From positions 32,001 to 96,000 of IMG/VR virus record IMGVR_UViG_3300014204_000123: 64,000 nt of DNA; one strand, given 5' to 3'. Source of the DNA: a virus (Duplodnaviria > Caudoviricetes). Every line of letters starts with the position of its first letter. Position 1 is the stretch's first letter. A program made the position numbers and the translations under genes. A model generated the notes under the pieces. It saw nothing but the letters and a program-made list of their open reading frames with translations, made no database searches and was not told the origin of the DNA. Positions 56,018 through 64,000 of the stretch are shown one piece after another.

Positions 56018-56230
56018 TTGAGAGTAGAGGGGGCCTCCCCGGTAGACGGAGGTTCCCTTTACCTATCAGAATACGGTCGGAAGCGCAGGACGGCGTACCG
56101 TAGCGGGAGACTGGAATTGATCGGGTACGAGCGACCACGGTTTCGCAAGAAGCGAAAGAGCCCAACGGCGGATTCTTCGATTCTTTCCAGGACCCCGTTA
56201 CGGAGTCGCCATAGGTGGAGGAGGTATTAG
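56018..56230 (+). CDS. small Arg-rich protein (start unclear)
   Basis: Fills the gap exactly up to the protease ATG; LSE/YGRKRR...RFRKKRK...RSRHRWRRY. Confidence 0.45.
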   Translation: MRVEGASPVDGGSLYLSEYGRKRRTAYRSGRLELIGYERPRFRKKRKSPTADSSILSRTPLRSRHRWRRY

Positions 56231-57928
56231 ATGAAGCTCGACCCTAAAGCCCAACTGCTGATTGAGACCTATGAGCTTTCGAGCTATCAGCTCGATGAGG
56301 CAGCGGCCAAAGACGGCAAGGTGGTTCTTTCTGGCATCTTCGCCAGGGCCGATGTTCCGACGAAGAACAAGCGTGTATATGGGCGGAAGGACTACCTGGA
56401 AAACGTCCAGCGAATGCTCCCGCTCATGAAGCGCAAGGCGGTTTACGGTGAGCTGGATCATCCGGCGGATGGCAAGACCAAGTTACAGCGAGCGAGCCAT
56501 TACCTGACCAATCTGGAAGTCCTAGAGGATGGTACGGTTATGGGCACGATGGAACTGCTTCCCGACAAGCCAGGGACTCCGGCCGCTCAGTTGCACTCAA
56601 TCGTTCAGTCCGGTGGGGCCATAGGTGTTTCGAGCCGTGGGTTTGGCCTGACTGAAACGGACAAGAATGGAAACACGATGATCAAGGAAGGGACGTTCCG
56701 CCTTGATTCATTTGATGCCGTGGCCGACCCGGCAGTAGAGGTTGCGTATCCGTCTGTTCATTATGAGGACGTGTGCGAGAATGGAGTTGATATGACTGCG
56801 CCTACCGTTGCGGATCTCAGGACGGCTTATCCGACCCTTATCGAAGAGATTGAGGCGTCGGCTTTGGGGACCAATGGCAAACAGCTTGAAGAGGCTGCTG
56901 CCGTGATTTCCGAGCTTACCGAACGAGTCAAGGGCTCAGAGACGGCGGAAGACGTGAAGCGCAAGCTGGCTTCTCAGGTTGCCGAAGCCATTGAGCGCAA
57001 GCGCACCGAGATTGCGGACAGCGTTAGGGCCGAGCTTCTGGCAGACCCCAAGACTGCGGCAGCCAGGGGTGTCTTGGGAGGCATTATCTCGCTGGTCCGT
57101 CCGTTCACGGGGGACAACGATCCCGTATTCGGTGAACTTGCCGATCTGAAAGTACGTTACGCCGATTTGGCCTCGAAGCTGGATGAGGCTATCGAATACG
57201 TGAGGGAGACCACTCTTGCTATTTGTCTGGAGCGGTCGCTTAGCGGCAATCCATCTGCTGACGCCATTCGCAGGGTCATTGGTCCGGTCGGGGTATTCAA
57301 GTCCCGTGAGGATCTGGAAGCTAGGCTGGCGGTGTTGAAGGAAGAGCTTAAGAGGCCCGAACCTATTCGTGTTGAATCGGCAGAAGTTGATGCTCTCAGG
57401 TCTGAACTGGAGTCTATGGCCAAGAACCTTGCCACTGCCGAAAGCAGGGCAGCCATGGTTACTGGGTTGCAGGCCCAGGGTGAGACATTGAGGGCACAGA
57501 TCAAGAGCCTGGAGGAAGAAAACCAGGAGCTTGAAGAGGCCGCAGAACGTTTCGAGTTCGAGCGGGACGTAGAGATGCGTATTGCCCATAGGCCGGACCG
57601 GGAGAAAATCCGTGAGGGCCTATTGGAGTGTGAGAGTTTGGAAGAGGTTGCGAATGTGCTGACTCGTCTTGACCGAAGGGAGACTCGTGGCGTGTCGCCT
57701 AGAGGTCGGGTGATGGAGCAGATCCGCAATAGGTTGGGAGCCCGTGGCAGGGAACTATTGGACGACGATGCTTCTCTTGATCGCAATGCTGATGTTGACG
57801 GTTCGCGAGATGGCACCGGCCCGGCACCCAGATCTGCGTCTCAGCCTGTATCTCCGGTTCTCGAAAGTGAGCTGGCTAGTATCGGGTTGAGCGTTAACGA
57901 CGTTGTCGAGACCAATGGTAGGAATTGA
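56231..57928 (+). CDS. prohead protease (gp21-like) fused to a coiled-coil scaffold (gp22-like)
   Basis: LSGIFARAD...N.RVY, GELDHP, ASH, GVSSRG.G, FDAVADP; acidic coiled-coil C-terminal two-thirds. Confidence 0.9.
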   Translation: MKLDPKAQLLIETYELSSYQLDEAAAKDGKVVLSGIFARADVPTKNKRVYGRKDYLENVQRMLPLMKRKAVYGELDHPADGKTKLQRASHYLTNLEVLEDGTVMGTMELLPDKPGTPAAQLHSIVQSGGAIGVSSRGFGLTETDKNGNTMIKEGTFRLDSFDAVADPAVEVAYPSVHYEDVCENGVDMTAPTVADLRTAYPTLIEEIEASALGTNGKQLEEAAAVISELTERVKGSETAEDVKRKLASQVAEAIERKRTEIADSVRAELLADPKTAAARGVLGGIISLVRPFTGDNDPVFGELADLKVRYADLASKLDEAIEYVRETTLAICLERSLSGNPSADAIRRVIGPVGVFKSREDLEARLAVLKEELKRPEPIRVESAEVDALRSELESMAKNLATAESRAAMVTGLQAQGETLRAQIKSLEEENQELEEAAERFEFERDVEMRIAHRPDREKIREGLLECESLEEVANVLTRLDRRETRGVSPRGRVMEQIRNRLGARGRELLDDDASLDRNADVDGSRDGTGPAPRSASQPVSPVLESELASIGLSVNDVVETNGRN

Positions 57929-57978
57929 CACGTCTGGTTTCCGGGACTGAAAAAAATGCGATTGCGAGGAGGTTCATT

Positions 57979-59520
57979 ATGGAACAGAGAGACTTTGAAC
58001 AAGTAATTGGGAAGCATGGCGCAGATGCCGCCAACACTATCTTTGACCCCAGACGGCTTGCCATTCTGGAGGACAAGTGGGCACCTGCTATGCGTGGGAT
58101 CAAGGGCAGCTATCATCGTAGAGTCTGTGCGATGGCCTTTGAGGCTCAGCTCCAGGAAATGTCTCGGGTACAATTGCGGGCTCGTGGAAGCCTGACCGAA
58201 GACGTTACCACAGCCAATGTTGGCTCCTACACGAAGTACATCTTCCCGATTCTGCGGAAGCTGTTCCCTTCGTTGATTGCTCACAACATCGTCACCGTCC
58301 AGCCCATGAACGCACCGATTGGTGCTGTGTTCTTCTGGGACTACAAGGCCGGAACGACCAAGGGCAGAGTCACCGCTGGCGACAATGCACCTATCACTAA
58401 CCCCCACTACTCTTCGGAATACGTGGATGGCGAGCAGCTTGAAACTGGCGACGGTGCCAAGTGGGGCGGCGGCGGTGCTGCGCTTAGCGCTCAGCTCAGC
58501 TTCTACCCTGTTCGTCCACTGAACACGACTCACGGATATTCCGTGATCATTCGTGAAGAGCACGTCACGACTGAGGCCGTGGTCCAGACTGCTACCGATA
58601 ACGGCAGCGGCGGATTCACTGGTGACACCACTTCTGGCGCTGTCAACTACGCCACTGGTGCTGTGACCAACTTCAAGTTCACGAACCCTCCGGCGAACAC
58701 CAACCGGGTCAGGGCCTACTATCGCTACAACTCCGAACTGAATGCGAACGTATCCGAATTCAGTCTGGACATTGCGATGGAGTCCGTGAAGGCAGAGCCC
58801 AGGAAGCTGAAGTTCAAGTGGTCTCCTGAGTCGATGGAAGATCTCGCCGCATTGCATGGTTCGTCCGGGGAGTCGGATCTGGTGTCCGGTGTCGCTCAGC
58901 AGATGATGTACGAGATTGACAGAGAGATCATCACCGACCTGTCGCTCTTCGCCGCTTCTGGTACCACTGCCACGTTCGACATGACCGTACCTAACGAGAT
59001 GGTCAACAGTCTGGACGCTCTGCGCCGGATCTTCCTGCCGATGAACGACGTTTCTGCCGCCATTCACCGGAAGACCAAGCGTGGAAACGCCAACTGGATC
59101 GTTACCAGTTCTCAGATGGTCGGTCTGCTTGAGCAGTTCGCAACTCATCAGGACTATCGTGGAATGTTCACTCGCGATGGTACTCCTGCTGGCGAGCTGG
59201 ACTACACTCAGGTCGAGCCGTCGTGGAACTCTGTCACCGGCCAGATGGGCGTGACCAAGGTCGGCGTCTTGAACAAGAAGTGGATGGTTTACGAAGATCC
59301 CGCATACACCTATAACAAGATGTTGATGGGATTCAAGGGCCAGTCATTCCTTGACGCCGGGTATGCTTGGTGCCCGTATGTCACCGTGCAGATGACCCAG
59401 ACCTTTGAGGACCCGGACGACTTCTCGATGAAGAAGGGAATTCGCTCCAGGTACGCACTCAAGCGTCTGCGACCCGAATGGTACGGTCTTGTTACCGTGA
59501 CCAACTGGTCCGAGATCTAA
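57979..59520 (+). CDS. major capsid protein (T4 gp23-like)
   Basis: LTE/D, P.LIA..IV.VQPM..P.G.VF, RKLK.KWS.E..EDL...HG, EIDREII, GY.WCPYV, GIRSRYA; GAGGAGG RBS. Confidence 0.95.
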   Translation: MEQRDFEQVIGKHGADAANTIFDPRRLAILEDKWAPAMRGIKGSYHRRVCAMAFEAQLQEMSRVQLRARGSLTEDVTTANVGSYTKYIFPILRKLFPSLIAHNIVTVQPMNAPIGAVFFWDYKAGTTKGRVTAGDNAPITNPHYSSEYVDGEQLETGDGAKWGGGGAALSAQLSFYPVRPLNTTHGYSVIIREEHVTTEAVVQTATDNGSGGFTGDTTSGAVNYATGAVTNFKFTNPPANTNRVRAYYRYNSELNANVSEFSLDIAMESVKAEPRKLKFKWSPESMEDLAALHGSSGESDLVSGVAQQMMYEIDREIITDLSLFAASGTTATFDMTVPNEMVNSLDALRRIFLPMNDVSAAIHRKTKRGNANWIVTSSQMVGLLEQFATHQDYRGMFTRDGTPAGELDYTQVEPSWNSVTGQMGVTKVGVLNKKWMVYEDPAYTYNKMLMGFKGQSFLDAGYAWCPYVTVQMTQTFEDPDDFSMKKGIRSRYALKRLRPEWYGLVTVTNWSEI

Positions 59521-59530
59521 GCCGTTCTTT

Positions 59531-59577
59531 CCCCCTGCAATTTGATTGCACGCCACGCGATCGGGTTGCAGGGGGGG
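59531..59577 (+). terminator. hairpin after the capsid gene
   Basis: CCCCCTGCAA...TTGCAGGGGG; contains a 15-bp variant of the dispersed palindrome. Confidence 0.5.
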
Positions 59578-59598
59578 CGTTGATTCTGGGGGTTATCT

Positions 59599-60087
59599 AT
59601 GATGCGATATAAGCTGCCACGAGGTTCTACTGCCCCATGTTCGCTGCATTTCTTCATCCCTGGGGTTGGGGAAAGGCGCCGGACTGTTCATCCTGGGGAG
59701 TTGCTGGTAGGCGACGAGTTCGCTCAGTTTGTCTCATGCGGGGTTTTGGTCGAGGACGAGGAACTTCCTGTTGCCCGTCCGTCTACGTCTTCGCTTCCTA
59801 AGATTGCGCCTTTGCCGCAAGTAGCGAGACCTATGGAGGCGGTAGTCGAGACTCCTGTAGCAAAGACGTTTCGGCCAGAGAGTGTAGTCGACAAAATGGC
59901 GGGTTTGTTTGACCTGGGCGTCCATAATCCGAATCCGGTTCGTGAGCCGGTGGTCCCTTCCCCTGTCGTTGTTGATGCGGTCCATGTTGAACCCGATGCT
60001 CCCGTCGAGGAAGCTAAGCCAGCATTGCCCGACTTGCCAACTGGTAGGGTCATGGGCCGAGGGGTAAGGCCGAAAGGTCGAAGGTAG
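59599..60087 (+). CDS. hypothetical Pro/Val-rich protein
   Basis: Between capsid and neck genes. Confidence 0.55.
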   Translation: MMRYKLPRGSTAPCSLHFFIPGVGERRRTVHPGELLVGDEFAQFVSCGVLVEDEELPVARPSTSSLPKIAPLPQVARPMEAVVETPVAKTFRPESVVDKMAGLFDLGVHNPNPVREPVVPSPVVVDAVHVEPDAPVEEAKPALPDLPTGRVMGRGVRPKGRR

Positions 60088-60117
60088 TTTGTCCTTCGTT
60101 TCTGGAGGTTTGCACCT

Positions 60118-60855
60118 ATGTCCGCGTATCGTCCGGCTACGTCAGCCGAAGCTATAGATCAAGTCAAGGCCATGCTCGGGTATCCCATTGTCGGTGTAGA
60201 AATGGGGCCGGAGAACTTTGATGCAGCATATGGGGCAACGGAGCGATGGTACAGCGCCCGGAAGGGCCAGACCAAGATGTATTCGCTCACACTGGTCGAT
60301 GGGCAGCAGGCGTACACGATGCCTACCGATTGCGACGAGGTTGTAGACGCGTTCTTCCCGCCTGGGAAGTGGGACACCTATCAGGCTTCCGTGTTGGACT
60401 ACGGGGTGGAGCTTAGCGGTAATCCCGTGGATATCATGCGAGACAGGTCGGGGATGGGGCCGTACAGCAGGATCGTCCAGATCCTGGAGAACAATGAGAT
60501 TGCCAGGGACATATTTGCGAACACCTATGAGTGGTTTTACGACACGACGGAGCGGGTGTTGACTATAGGCGGGAACCCCGCCGGTGGGTCTCTGGCGCTG
60601 ATTAAGTACAAAAGCATGACGGTGGATATAACGAAGTTTACGTCACTAGAGATCGATATTTTCATGCGATTCCTACTGGCGCAAATAAAGGTAATATACG
60701 GCAGAATACTGAGGAAGCATTCAGAGATTCCCGGAGCTTCCGGTCCGAAGACAACGGACGGAGCGGAGCTTGTATCCGAGGGAACTGCCGAGATGGAACG
60801 ACTAGACGAGAGGATTGGGATGATCAACGGGCCTTCAGGGTTCTTTGCTGGATAG
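60118..60855 (+). CDS. neck/head-tail adaptor (T4 gp13-like)
   Basis: KAMLGYPIVGVEM...GRILRK...IPG..G...DGAELVSEG..EMERL; synteny. Confidence 0.75.
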   Translation: MSAYRPATSAEAIDQVKAMLGYPIVGVEMGPENFDAAYGATERWYSARKGQTKMYSLTLVDGQQAYTMPTDCDEVVDAFFPPGKWDTYQASVLDYGVELSGNPVDIMRDRSGMGPYSRIVQILENNEIARDIFANTYEWFYDTTERVLTIGGNPAGGSLALIKYKSMTVDITKFTSLEIDIFMRFLLAQIKVIYGRILRKHSEIPGASGPKTTDGAELVSEGTAEMERLDERIGMINGPSGFFAG

Positions 60856-60860
60856 GTGTA

Positions 60861-61172
60861 ATGATGCCTGGAAAAGGAACGAATGAGCTGCTTAGGCTAT
60901 GTGTGAGGGCGGTGTCCGACAAGGAAGGGAAGGACCGTAAGGGTGTGTCCAAAGCCTTCGCTGTCTGTACTGCCAGCCTTCAAGACAAAGGCTACATGAC
61001 GGGTGGGAAGTTGACCCCAAAGGGTCGGTCTAGGCTTCGAGCGAAGCGCAAGGAGCCGGACTTCAAAAGGAAGCAGGATGGATATGAGGCCACTCTTGCT
61101 GCGGCTCGTGGCGAGGACCTTGATCCGTTCCTGTGGATGGCGGCTATTGCGGAAGGGCTGGATGACCTATGA
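60861..61172 (+). CDS. small basic virion-associated hypothetical protein
   Basis: CVRAV...AFAVCTASLQ. Confidence 0.5.
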   Translation: MMPGKGTNELLRLCVRAVSDKEGKDRKGVSKAFAVCTASLQDKGYMTGGKLTPKGRSRLRAKRKEPDFKRKQDGYEATLAAARGEDLDPFLWMAAIAEGLDDL

Positions 61173-61669
61173 GTGAGAACCTTCCGAGAAGCAGGCTGAT
61201 TTTCGACCAGGACATTGCCCTGTTCGACAAGCTTGCGGTAGAGGAGGTGACTCTGTATGGGGTGTCCGTCGACTACTACCGTTTGGACAAGCGCAACTAT
61301 GATCCGATAGACCAGGAAGTGTTCGATGAAGGGTTTGTCGGGCCGTTCAAGATGTTCGCCAATGTGGAGTGGAACCGGGCCGAAGATCAGCAGGATGCCA
61401 CGGAGAACGGGTATAAAGAGACGGCGGAAGCAGAGATCAGGATTCCGAGGCAGCTATTCCACCAAGCGGCCGGGACGCTACCTCCTGTTGTTGGCGACGC
61501 TGTGAAGATGTTCGTTGGGGAGTCTGTTGGTGACGTGTGGTTCGATATTGTCCATGCGAAACAGGGGGAGCCGGTGTATAGTTCGGCTTCGTTCGTGTGG
61601 TATCTGTGTCGAGGGCGACGCAGGAGCGAGTCATTACCGAATGAGCGGGCAAGAGGGGGGATAGAATGA
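61169..61669 (+). CDS. head closure protein (T4 gp14-like)
   Basis: E.VTLYG..VDYY...DPI..E...P.VGD; synteny. Confidence 0.6.
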   Translation: MSENLPRSRLIFDQDIALFDKLAVEEVTLYGVSVDYYRLDKRNYDPIDQEVFDEGFVGPFKMFANVEWNRAEDQQDATENGYKETAEAEIRIPRQLFHQAAGTLPPVVGDAVKMFVGESVGDVWFDIVHAKQGEPVYSSASFVWYLCRGRRRSESLPNERARGGIE

Positions 61670-62651
61670 GCATGGCGAGTGTGGACACCATCATGAGGCA
61701 GCGTGAGATAATGGAGGGGTCTTTGACCCAGGTACTCTCGCTGTGCGATATGAGCCGTGGAGATCTGGTAGTGGTAAGAGACCTGAATTTCCCGGATCGG
61801 ATGGCGTGGGGGAGAGTTGTGGAGGTCAATCCCAGAGTCGGCTACGTTATGGTATCTGGACCTGGAGGGGTCTTGTCTGTCCACGACGTGAAGACGTACT
61901 CGTTCCATGGGGTCGTTGGTGCGAAGGAACGCGAGGTTCTGACAAATGGTTAAGTCGAAGCTGGTTGATGCGCTGACCCACGCGTATGTAGAGCAGGGCG
62001 ACGGGTCTTGGGTCCATCCCGACTTTGTGGGCAGAAAGGTGGGTCCGAAGTCAGTAGAAGAGGCAATTGCGGAGATTGAGAAGCGGGCCTTTTCTATGAT
62101 GTCAATGGGATTCTGCTTGGTGTGTTCGTTCTGCCATAACCTGTGGGAAGCCCACGACGCTGGGCTGTCTTCATGTTCAATCATAGGTTGCTCAGGACCC
62201 AAGAAGATGGGAGATTTTCCCATGTACCGAGGCGAGTTGCCAAGGCACTTATGGGGGAAGTGGTGCATGGTGTGTGGCGCTGAGGCTACTGTCGGATTCC
62301 GGCCAAAGGGCAATGGCGTTGTTTTTGGGCTATGTTCGAGCCATAAAAGTATGTTTATAGACAAGGAGATCGGAAATGAGTGATTTTCAAAGAGTCTTAG
62401 AGGAGGCCCGTAGTGTGCTCGGCAAGTCGTCAGACATTGCCAACATAACAGAAGGCAAGATGACCAAGGATGCGTTTTTGAAGGCCACGAAGCTGTTGCT
62501 TGGCGTTCCTTCCGAAATGAGCGCAGTCAAGGTCGTTCTGGACTTCCGAACAGAAGACGGCCTATTGGTGGCGAAGGCAGTCTACCGGAAAGACAAGGAG
62601 CCTATTTTCTTGCGGGCAGATGGGAAGGAAGATGAGGAAGGTGGGAAGTAA
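61666..62651 (+). other. three small ORFs (61666, 61946 Cys-rich, 62376 with ITE/G site)
   Basis: Overlapping start/stop codons. Confidence 0.5.
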
Positions 62652-63430
62652 TGTCCAAAGGCCTTCTCTACTGTTCTATGGCCCCCAAGGACCGGAGGGA
62701 GTTGAAGAAACTCATTAGGTGCCTGCGTGACCCCAAGCTTATGAAGGATGTAAGGCGGGGCGTTGCGCTGGAATCTGCATCCGGTTTTATGGACGGCGTT
62801 AGGGGACGGTTGGAGGCTGGAGGCGCTGGAGATCTTGCCCGGTCGATGGAGTTGGTCGAAGTGGATGGCGCTGCCGGTGTTGCTGTTTTACCTAAGCGCA
62901 AGTCGATGCGGCTGTCTGATTTTGAGTCGAACCATGCCGTATACGTTTTCCCCAAGGGTGTGCCGGACGACACGGGTCTACTGGATGCGTTCAGAACAAC
63001 GAATCCATGGCCTGGGAAGTCGTTACCATGGCTGCCGCCTGAGTCTATGGCTGTAGTTGTAGTCCGTGAGGTCACAAGCGACGAGGTCTCCAGACTGGAG
63101 GCGTTGGTCAAGCCTGTCCGGGCTGCAATGATTGCAGGGCTTTCAGCGAGGGGTCAATCAATTCCCCAGAGCGAGGCCCGTACAGTATGGGTTGACGTTG
63201 GATTTGCTGGGCGACGGGCAGAGAAGGGCATAGGTCGAAGTGGGGTTATTGGGGCATGGCGGAAGCAGGTAAGTGCCACTGAAAGGGGCGTATCTCCTGC
63301 GATGCGGCGCAAGATTGAAAAGGTGTTATTTGAGGGAGAGAAATGGAACTTGACAACTAGTGGAGTTCCCCGGAAAATGAGGGAGTCAGAAGTGCCTATG
63401 GTGCTCGACTTCCAAGACGAGATTACGTAA
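62651..63430 (+). CDS. hypothetical morphogenesis-region protein
   Basis: Long ORF in the structural operon. Confidence 0.55.
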   Translation: MSKGLLYCSMAPKDRRELKKLIRCLRDPKLMKDVRRGVALESASGFMDGVRGRLEAGGAGDLARSMELVEVDGAAGVAVLPKRKSMRLSDFESNHAVYVFPKGVPDDTGLLDAFRTTNPWPGKSLPWLPPESMAVVVVREVTSDEVSRLEALVKPVRAAMIAGLSARGQSIPQSEARTVWVDVGFAGRRAEKGIGRSGVIGAWRKQVSATERGVSPAMRRKIEKVLFEGEKWNLTTSGVPRKMRESEVPMVLDFQDEIT

Positions 63431-63439
63431 TCGGGCTCA

Positions 63440-63907
63440 GTGGAGGGTAAAATGAAATACGGAGAGATTAGCGTTGCTTTTTCAGGGATCAAGAACGATT
63501 TGGTCGCAGAGGAACTGGAGCAGACGGCTCGGGTTCTGCATGAGCAACTGGAGGCCCGTGGGCTTATCCGGGATGGCCAGCTTGCCAGCGTGACCGAAGA
63601 CGGTCAGGTATTCTTTGGTGACGAACTGGAAGAGGGTGTTATGGTAGAGGATGCCAGCACGTTTCTCCAGGCCGCCGTCGACCAGATGATGTCTGAGTTC
63701 GACATTGACGAGGACGAGGCCTACAGCGCTGTTGGTGCATTCCTTGACCAAGCGACTGAGGAAGGTATGCTTCCCGAGTTCCCAGAAGACGGGGATGTCG
63801 AGGGTGATGCCAAGTGGCTTGATGCCGCCATTTCCATGAACTTCATTGACGAGATGCTGAATTGGGCCTCGGACGATGGGGAAGAGGAAGAAGGCGAAGA
63901 CGACTGA
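63440..63907 (+). CDS. highly acidic protein
   Basis: Glu/Asp-rich; VTE/D and LEE/G sites. Confidence 0.6.
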   Translation: MEGKMKYGEISVAFSGIKNDLVAEELEQTARVLHEQLEARGLIRDGQLASVTEDGQVFFGDELEEGVMVEDASTFLQAAVDQMMSEFDIDEDEAYSAVGAFLDQATEEGMLPEFPEDGDVEGDAKWLDAAISMNFIDEMLNWASDDGEEEEGEDD

Positions 63908-63934
63908 GTATCGGATAGGTAACCGGGGGCGCTT

Positions 63935-64000
63935 ATGTCTGGGATCACGTCAAAGCACTTCGACGAGGCAGTTTTCCGCAAGATAGGCGGGGAGCTGGTT
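63935..64000 (+). CDS. partial ORF running off the window
   Basis: ATG after GGGGG; open to the end of the window. Confidence 0.45.
   Translation, partial: MSGITSKHFDEAVFRKIGGELV

Noticed and set aside
57841-59148. 435-aa minus-strand ORF
   Set aside because: Shadow of the strongly codon-biased capsid gene
922-63137. CRISPR array made from the repeated palindromes, with the Cas4-like gene as a cas locus
   Set aside because: The repeats are 14 bp and kilobases apart; no cas1, cas2 or effector genes; Cas4-like nucleases are common in phage recombination modules
1-64000. Alternative genetic code, or prophage/host-chromosome origin
   Set aside because: Conserved genes are full length under the standard code with all three stops used; host-like genes (dnaN, ssb, KH) are embedded in phage operons, and no integrase or host operon is present

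Overview
A 64-kb segment of a large tailed dsDNA bacteriophage. Nearly every real gene is on the + strand, and no integrase, CRISPR array or intact tRNA was seen. From left to right: (i) 0-6.9 kb has a divergent ThyX-like gene, an HxH-repeat fibre, lysis membrane proteins (LL-H-type holin, spanin candidates) and small proteins with T4-style LxE propeptides. (ii) 6.9-34 kb is an early/accessory region driven by two classes of sigma70-type promoters: SNF2 helicase, many small ORFs, SSB, two PG-binding lysins, DHH phosphoesterase, MazG-like, KTSC, MmcB-like nuclease, HNH, GroES, two DNA MTases, DUF932, DnaN clamp, TSCPD, KhpA and a GHKL-ATPase/HExxH protein. (iii) 34.5-49.9 kb is replication/recombination: DnaC-like loader, DnaB, primase, gp32-like SSB, SF2 helicase, RecA, Cas4-like nuclease, RuvC-like resolvase. 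(iv) 49.9-64 kb is a T4-like head module: TerL, gp20-like portal, core proteins, fused gp21 protease/scaffold, gp23-like capsid, gp13/gp14-like neck. Lipoproteins and spanin candidates suggest a diderm host (inference). Signals not explained by gene names: a 14-bp palindrome KGCAATYRATTGCM present 10 times (plus 3 spacer variants) across the whole window; ~100-200 bp islands inside genes with synonymous codons shifted to A-ending; a shared N-terminal capsid-targeting-like motif on several unknown proteins; and a shared acidic C-terminal VKY tail on helicase and SSB. All calls come from motif reading by eye; no database search was run.
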